A stretch of DNA of 46,429 bases from an uncultured Arcobacteraceae bacterium (GTDB lineage: Bacteria > Campylobacterota > Campylobacteria > Campylobacterales > Arcobacteraceae), in assembly GCA_964022095.1 (NCBI GenBank), contig CAXHZO010000019.1, positions 1-46,429 on the forward strand. The letters are read 5' to 3'. The translations under genes were made by a program, and so were the position numbers. Under the pieces are notes generated by a model. It did not search any database and was not told the DNA's origin. It was given only the letters and a program-made list of their open reading frames with translations. Shown here in pieces: positions 42,049-46,429 of this stretch. How positions within the stretch are numbered: position 1 is the first letter of the stretch; every line of letters begins with the position of its first letter.

Positions 42049-42794
42049 GTAATATAAGTAATCACAAATTTTATGAAGGAACAATTTTTCATAAAAGATT
42101 TCATCCAAAAAAAAATAAGTTTAAATATGATTTTTATTTTTTAGATATTGATTTAGATGATTTTGGTAGTTTAAAAAATAGATATTTTTCACAAAATAGT
42201 TTTAATCTATTTTCATTTAAAACATCTGATCACTTTGGACAAAGTAGTGATTTTATAAAAAATTCTTACGAACTAATAGAAAAATTTGGACTACAAAAGC
42301 CTCAAAAACTTAGATTTGTAACCTTACCTAGAGTTTTAAATTTTGTTTTCAATCCAATATCTATTTTACTTTTAATAAATGATGGAAAAATCACAGATAT
42401 TTTAGCTGAAGTTCATAACTACAATGGAGGAAGAGTAATCTATCCAGTAAAACTAGAACAAACAAATGGGAAATACAAAGGTGTTGTAAAAAAAGACATG
42501 TATGTATCACCTTACTTTAAAGCTTTAGGAGTTTATGAGTTTGTGCTTAAATATGATGAAAATAATTTAGATGTAAAAATTGACTTATATGAAGATAATG
42601 TATATAAGTTAACTGCACTTATGCAATTACAAAGTGTGCCATTTACTCAAAGTAATAGTTTGAAAATATTTTTTAAGTACCTGTTTACTAATTTTTTAGT
42701 TGTTACGAGAACATATTTTCAAGCTATTAAGCTGTTTATAAAAGGGTTGAAAATATACACGCCAAGAGAAATTGATAAAGTTAGGAGGTATTAA
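42045..42794 (+). CDS. DUF1365 family protein (UfaO-like candidate)
   Basis: HKRFHP..FKY, PRVLNFVFNPIS, AEVHN, K.MYVSPY. Confidence 0.88.
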   Translation: MSNISNHKFYEGTIFHKRFHPKKNKFKYDFYFLDIDLDDFGSLKNRYFSQNSFNLFSFKTSDHFGQSSDFIKNSYELIEKFGLQKPQKLRFVTLPRVLNFVFNPISILLLINDGKITDILAEVHNYNGGRVIYPVKLEQTNGKYKGVVKKDMYVSPYFKALGVYEFVLKYDENNLDVKIDLYEDNVYKLTALMQLQSVPFTQSNSLKIFFKYLFTNFLVVTRTYFQAIKLFIKGLKIYTPREIDKVRRY

Positions 42795-42796
42795 AA

Positions 42797-44023
42797 ATGT
42801 TAAATATATGGAATAAATTTGGACATAAGTTTTTCTCAAAAATTAAAATAGGAAAACTACAAGTAGAATATAGTGATGGTAAAGTACAAACTTATGGTGA
42901 TGAAAATGCAAATGAAATTATAAAATTAAAGATAATTAATAGTAAGTTTTTTTACAGAGTTGCACTATACGGAGATATTGGTTTTGCAGAGAGTTATATA
43001 GATGAGGATTTTGAAACATCTAATCTTACAAAACTAATAGAACTAGCACTTTTAAACTCAGAAGAGTTAGGAACAACAAGTGAAAATGAAAAGAAAAAAT
43101 TAATAAATCTTTTTCCAATTTTCAATAAAATAAAACATACTATGAGAAAGAATTCTAAAACGAATTCTAGAAAAAATATTTCTGCTCATTATGATTTGTC
43201 AAATGATTTTTATAAATTAATGTTAGATGATACAATGATGTATTCAAGTGCAGTTTATAAACACAAAGACGAATCACTATATGATGCTCAAATAAACAAA
43301 ATAAATAGACTTGCTGATAAACTAAATGTGAAAGAAGGCAGCGAAGTACTTGAAATTGGTTCTGGATGGGGAGCTATGGCACTTCATTTAGCACAAGAAA
43401 AGAAGTGTAATGTTACAACTGTAACTTTAAGTGCTGAGCAAAAAAAGCTTTGTGAAGACAGATTTAAAAATCATAGTGTTGAAGATCAAATAGATATTAT
43501 GCTAAAAGATTATAGAGATTTAAATGGTAAATTCGATGCAATTATTGCAGTTGAGATGTTTGAAGCAGTTGGGAAAGAGTATTTTCATATCTTCTTTAAA
43601 AAGTGTCAAGAACTTCTAAAACCAAATGGTGTCTTAGTACTACAAGTAATTACTATGCCTGATCAAAGATATAGCTCTTATGCAAAAGGAACTGATTTTA
43701 TTCAAAAGTATATCTTCCCTGGTGGTCACTTACCATCAGTTGCAAAAGTACTTGAAATCACATCTAAACATACAAGATTTAACTTACATCATTTAGAAGA
43801 GTTCACAGAAGATTATGCAAAGACTTTAAATGTTTGGCATGAAAACTTCCAAGAAAAACTTGACCATGTAAAAAGCTTAGGATTTGATGACTATTTTGTA
43901 AGAATGTGGAAAATGTACTTAAACTATTGTGAAGCTGCATTTTTAACTAGAAATATTGGTCTTCATCAATTTGTATTTACAAGGGATCAAAATATTCATT
44001 TAAATAAAGGGTTAATTGCATGA
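42797..44023 (+). CDS. cfa: Cyclopropane-fatty-acyl-phospholipid synthase family SAM methyltransferase
   Basis: NISAHYDLSNDFY, MMYSSA, LEIGSGWG, FIQKYIFPGG, RMWKMYL.YCEA. Confidence 0.9.
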   Translation: MLNIWNKFGHKFFSKIKIGKLQVEYSDGKVQTYGDENANEIIKLKIINSKFFYRVALYGDIGFAESYIDEDFETSNLTKLIELALLNSEELGTTSENEKKKLINLFPIFNKIKHTMRKNSKTNSRKNISAHYDLSNDFYKLMLDDTMMYSSAVYKHKDESLYDAQINKINRLADKLNVKEGSEVLEIGSGWGAMALHLAQEKKCNVTTVTLSAEQKKLCEDRFKNHSVEDQIDIMLKDYRDLNGKFDAIIAVEMFEAVGKEYFHIFFKKCQELLKPNGVLVLQVITMPDQRYSSYAKGTDFIQKYIFPGGHLPSVAKVLEITSKHTRFNLHHLEEFTEDYAKTLNVWHENFQEKLDHVKSLGFDDYFVRMWKMYLNYCEAAFLTRNIGLHQFVFTRDQNIHLNKGLIA

Positions 44024-44547
44024 AAAACTTAATTCTAATATTTATAATAACAATACTATTTACAGGATGTACTAGCATGAAAATAGAAGATTTTAATAAC
44101 ACAACACCAGAGTTTATACCACAACAGTATTTTAATGGCGAATTAAGAGCTTATGGTTTAGTAAAAGATAGAAGTGGAAAAATCATAAGAACATTTAAAG
44201 GAACTATGACAGGTTCTTGGGATAAAAAGGGGATTGGAACACTTGATGAATATTTTGTATATGATGATGGTGAAGAGATGAAAAGAGTATGGACTTTAAA
44301 ACCAAATGGAGAGAAAAAATTCATAGCAACGGCTGATGATATAGTTGGTGAAAGTAAAATGATAGCAAATGGAAATACTGTAATGCTAGATTATGTTATG
44401 AGAACACCTTACAAAGATGGCACTATTGATTTGAGTGTAAGAGACTGGTTGCATTTACAAGATGATGGCGTGATAATAAATCACTCAAAAATGAAGAAGT
44501 TTGGATTTGTAGTTGGGGAGTTAGTTATTACAATAATTAAGGATTAA
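44020..44547 (+). CDS. DUF3833 family lipoprotein
   Basis: Lipobox LFTGC, YFNG, F.YDDGE..RVW, DWLHL, KKFG. Confidence 0.85.
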   Translation: MKNLILIFIITILFTGCTSMKIEDFNNTTPEFIPQQYFNGELRAYGLVKDRSGKIIRTFKGTMTGSWDKKGIGTLDEYFVYDDGEEMKRVWTLKPNGEKKFIATADDIVGESKMIANGNTVMLDYVMRTPYKDGTIDLSVRDWLHLQDDGVIINHSKMKKFGFVVGELVITIIKD

Positions 44548-44559
44548 ATAAAAAAGACG

Positions 44560-44588
44560 AAGATAAGAAGTTAATACTTCTTATCTTT
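44560..44588 (+). terminator. Intrinsic terminator
   Basis: aagataagaagt-taat-acttcttatctt. Confidence 0.8.
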
Positions 44589-44732
44589 GAATAGTTATAA
44601 AGTTAGTTGCAATAAAAAACTAATATATATCTCTAAGAAACAATAATTTATTTTATTCCTAAAAGTTAAATTACAAACGTAACACACAAAATCACCCTAC
44701 AAAATAATCTAAAAACTTCATAAACTAAAGGT

Positions 44733-46130
44733 ATGAAAACATTTATACTTTATCCAAATCAATTATTTAAAGACTTATCACACTTTAAAGATAAAAAAGT
44801 GATTCTTATAGAAGAACCGCTATTCTTTACTCAATATGAGTTTCATATCCAAAAGTTAGTTCTTCATAGAGCAAGTATGAAGTTTTATGAAGATTATCTA
44901 AAAGAAAATAATATAGATGTACAGTATTTTGAAGATGAGAGTTATTTGGATATTTATAAAAATAATGAAGTTTATATTTATGAACTGTTTGATAACTACT
45001 TAGAAAAAAAATTTTATGAAAACTTTTCAAATATCACAACACTAAAAAACCCAAACTTTATAAACCCAAATGATAAAAACAAGTTCATGCATAAGTTTTA
45101 TATAAACAGAAGAAACGAGCTAAATATTTTTATGCAAAATGGTAAACCACTGCATGGTAAATATAGTTTTGATAGTGAAAATAGAAAGAAGCTTCCAAAA
45201 GATATAAAAATCCCCCCTACTTTATGTTTTGACAACAAGTATGTATCTGAAGCAAAAGAGTACTGTAAAAAGTTTAAAACAGCAGGTCTTTTAAATGATG
45301 ACTTTTACTATCCTACAACTTTTGATGAAGCATCACTTCAGCTTGAGTGTTTTATCAAAGAAAAGTTTGAACTGTTTGGAGATTTCCAAGATGCTATAAC
45401 AAATAATAAATCCCATCATTTTTTATTTCATTCAAATATCTCTAGCAGTTTAAATATTGGATTAATTGATTTAAATGACTTAATAGAAAAAATAGAAAAA
45501 GCTGATGTTCCATACAATGCAAAAGAAGGTTTTATAAGACAGATTATTGGATGGAGAGAGTTTATGCTTCGTATTTATGAAGATAGTGGGACAAGTCTTA
45601 GAAATTCTAATTTCTTTGAGTTTAAAAATTCAATGCCAAAAGAGGTTATAAATGCAACTACGGGAATTGCTCCACTTGATGATTGTATAAAAAAACTAAA
45701 AAAAAGTGCCTATAATCACCACATAGAAAGGCTAATGATTCTTGGAAATATTTTTTTACTACTTGAAATAAAACCAAATGAAATTTATGAATTTTTTATG
45801 AGATATTATATCGATGCTTATGATTGGGTAATGGTTGGGAATGTTTATGGAATGAGTGGATTTAGTGATGGTGGAAGTATAACAACAAAGCCATATATAG
45901 CTAGTTCTAATTATATAGTAAAAATGAGTGATTATAAAAGAAGTGAAAGTTGGTGTGAAATTGTTGATGCACTTTATTGGAGATTTTTATTTATACATTC
46001 AAGTAAATTAGATAAAAATCCAAGAATGAAAATGCAAATAAGTCTACTAAATAAAATGAGTGAAGAAAAACTATCAAAACATCTTTTAATAGCTAATGAT
46101 TTTTTGAAAAAAATAAATCTTACAAAATGA
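44733..46130 (+). CDS. PhrB/CryB-class cryptochrome/(6-4) photolyase
   Basis: HIQKLVLHRASM, FDSENRK, FGDFQDA, EGFIRQIIGWREF, HHIERLM, YIDAYDWV, DGG..TKPY. Confidence 0.92.
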   Translation: MKTFILYPNQLFKDLSHFKDKKVILIEEPLFFTQYEFHIQKLVLHRASMKFYEDYLKENNIDVQYFEDESYLDIYKNNEVYIYELFDNYLEKKFYENFSNITTLKNPNFINPNDKNKFMHKFYINRRNELNIFMQNGKPLHGKYSFDSENRKKLPKDIKIPPTLCFDNKYVSEAKEYCKKFKTAGLLNDDFYYPTTFDEASLQLECFIKEKFELFGDFQDAITNNKSHHFLFHSNISSSLNIGLIDLNDLIEKIEKADVPYNAKEGFIRQIIGWREFMLRIYEDSGTSLRNSNFFEFKNSMPKEVINATTGIAPLDDCIKKLKKSAYNHHIERLMILGNIFLLLEIKPNEIYEFFMRYYIDAYDWVMVGNVYGMSGFSDGGSITTKPYIASSNYIVKMSDYKRSESWCEIVDALYWRFLFIHSSKLDKNPRMKMQISLLNKMSEEKLSKHLLIANDFLKKINLTK

Positions 46131-46173
46131 CATAAAACCAAAGATTTGGAAATTTTTTATATAAGATACTAAA

Positions 46174-46429
46174 ATGAGAAAAGATATATATGAAAAAATG
46201 GAAATCCTAAGTAATAGTGCTAAATATGATGTTTCATGTAGTTCAAGTGGAGTTGAAACAAACTACAAAAAAGGTGAACTAGGTGCAACACATACAAGTG
46301 GTATTTGTCATACATATACTGCTGATGGTAGATGTGTTTCACTACTAAAGGTATTACTTACAAATTTTTGTATATATGATTGTGCTTATTGTATAAATAG
46401 AGTTTCAAATGATATTCCAAGAGCTGCTT
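46174..46429 (+). CDS. Putative DNA modification/repair radical SAM protein, truncated by window edge (not in ORF track)
   Basis: MRKDIYEKMEILSNSAKYDVSCSSSG..GICHTYTADGRCVSLLKVLLTNFCIYDCAYCINR with CxxxCxxC. Confidence 0.9.
   Translation, partial: MRKDIYEKMEILSNSAKYDVSCSSSGVETNYKKGELGATHTSGICHTYTADGRCVSLLKVLLTNFCIYDCAYCINRVSNDIPRAA

Overview
AT-rich bacterial chromosome segment; protein content (fused CcsBA, dimeric dUTPase, CmoB, many PAS kinases) suggests Campylobacterota, probably Arcobacteraceae (inference, no database search). Bases 1-~2940 look like one end of an integrated filamentous phage (inovirus). Most of its genes are missing from the ORF track and I translated them by hand: a pIII-like protein with Gly-rich repeats, three tiny membrane proteins and a 38-aa leaderless coat protein. 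It also has a probable ssDNA-binding protein, a hairpin-rich spacer and an XRE repressor with a three-operator switch. After argG is a tightly coupled four-gene operon: M20 peptidase, RimK-like ATP-grasp ligase, ATP-grasp fused to helix-hairpin-helix repeats, and a cytosolic M14 carboxypeptidase. It looks like an uncharacterised peptide-tag or poly-amino-acid writer/eraser system. The middle holds housekeeping and signalling genes (dUTPase with HTH-like extension, recR, dnaJ, two degenerate GGDEF proteins, cmoB, ccsBA, two-component systems, pepD, ligA, ABC-F, thiD). The right end has a photo-oxidative-stress/furan-fatty-acid-type operon, a PhrB-class photolyase lacking the Fe-S cysteines, and the start of a radical-SAM gene.
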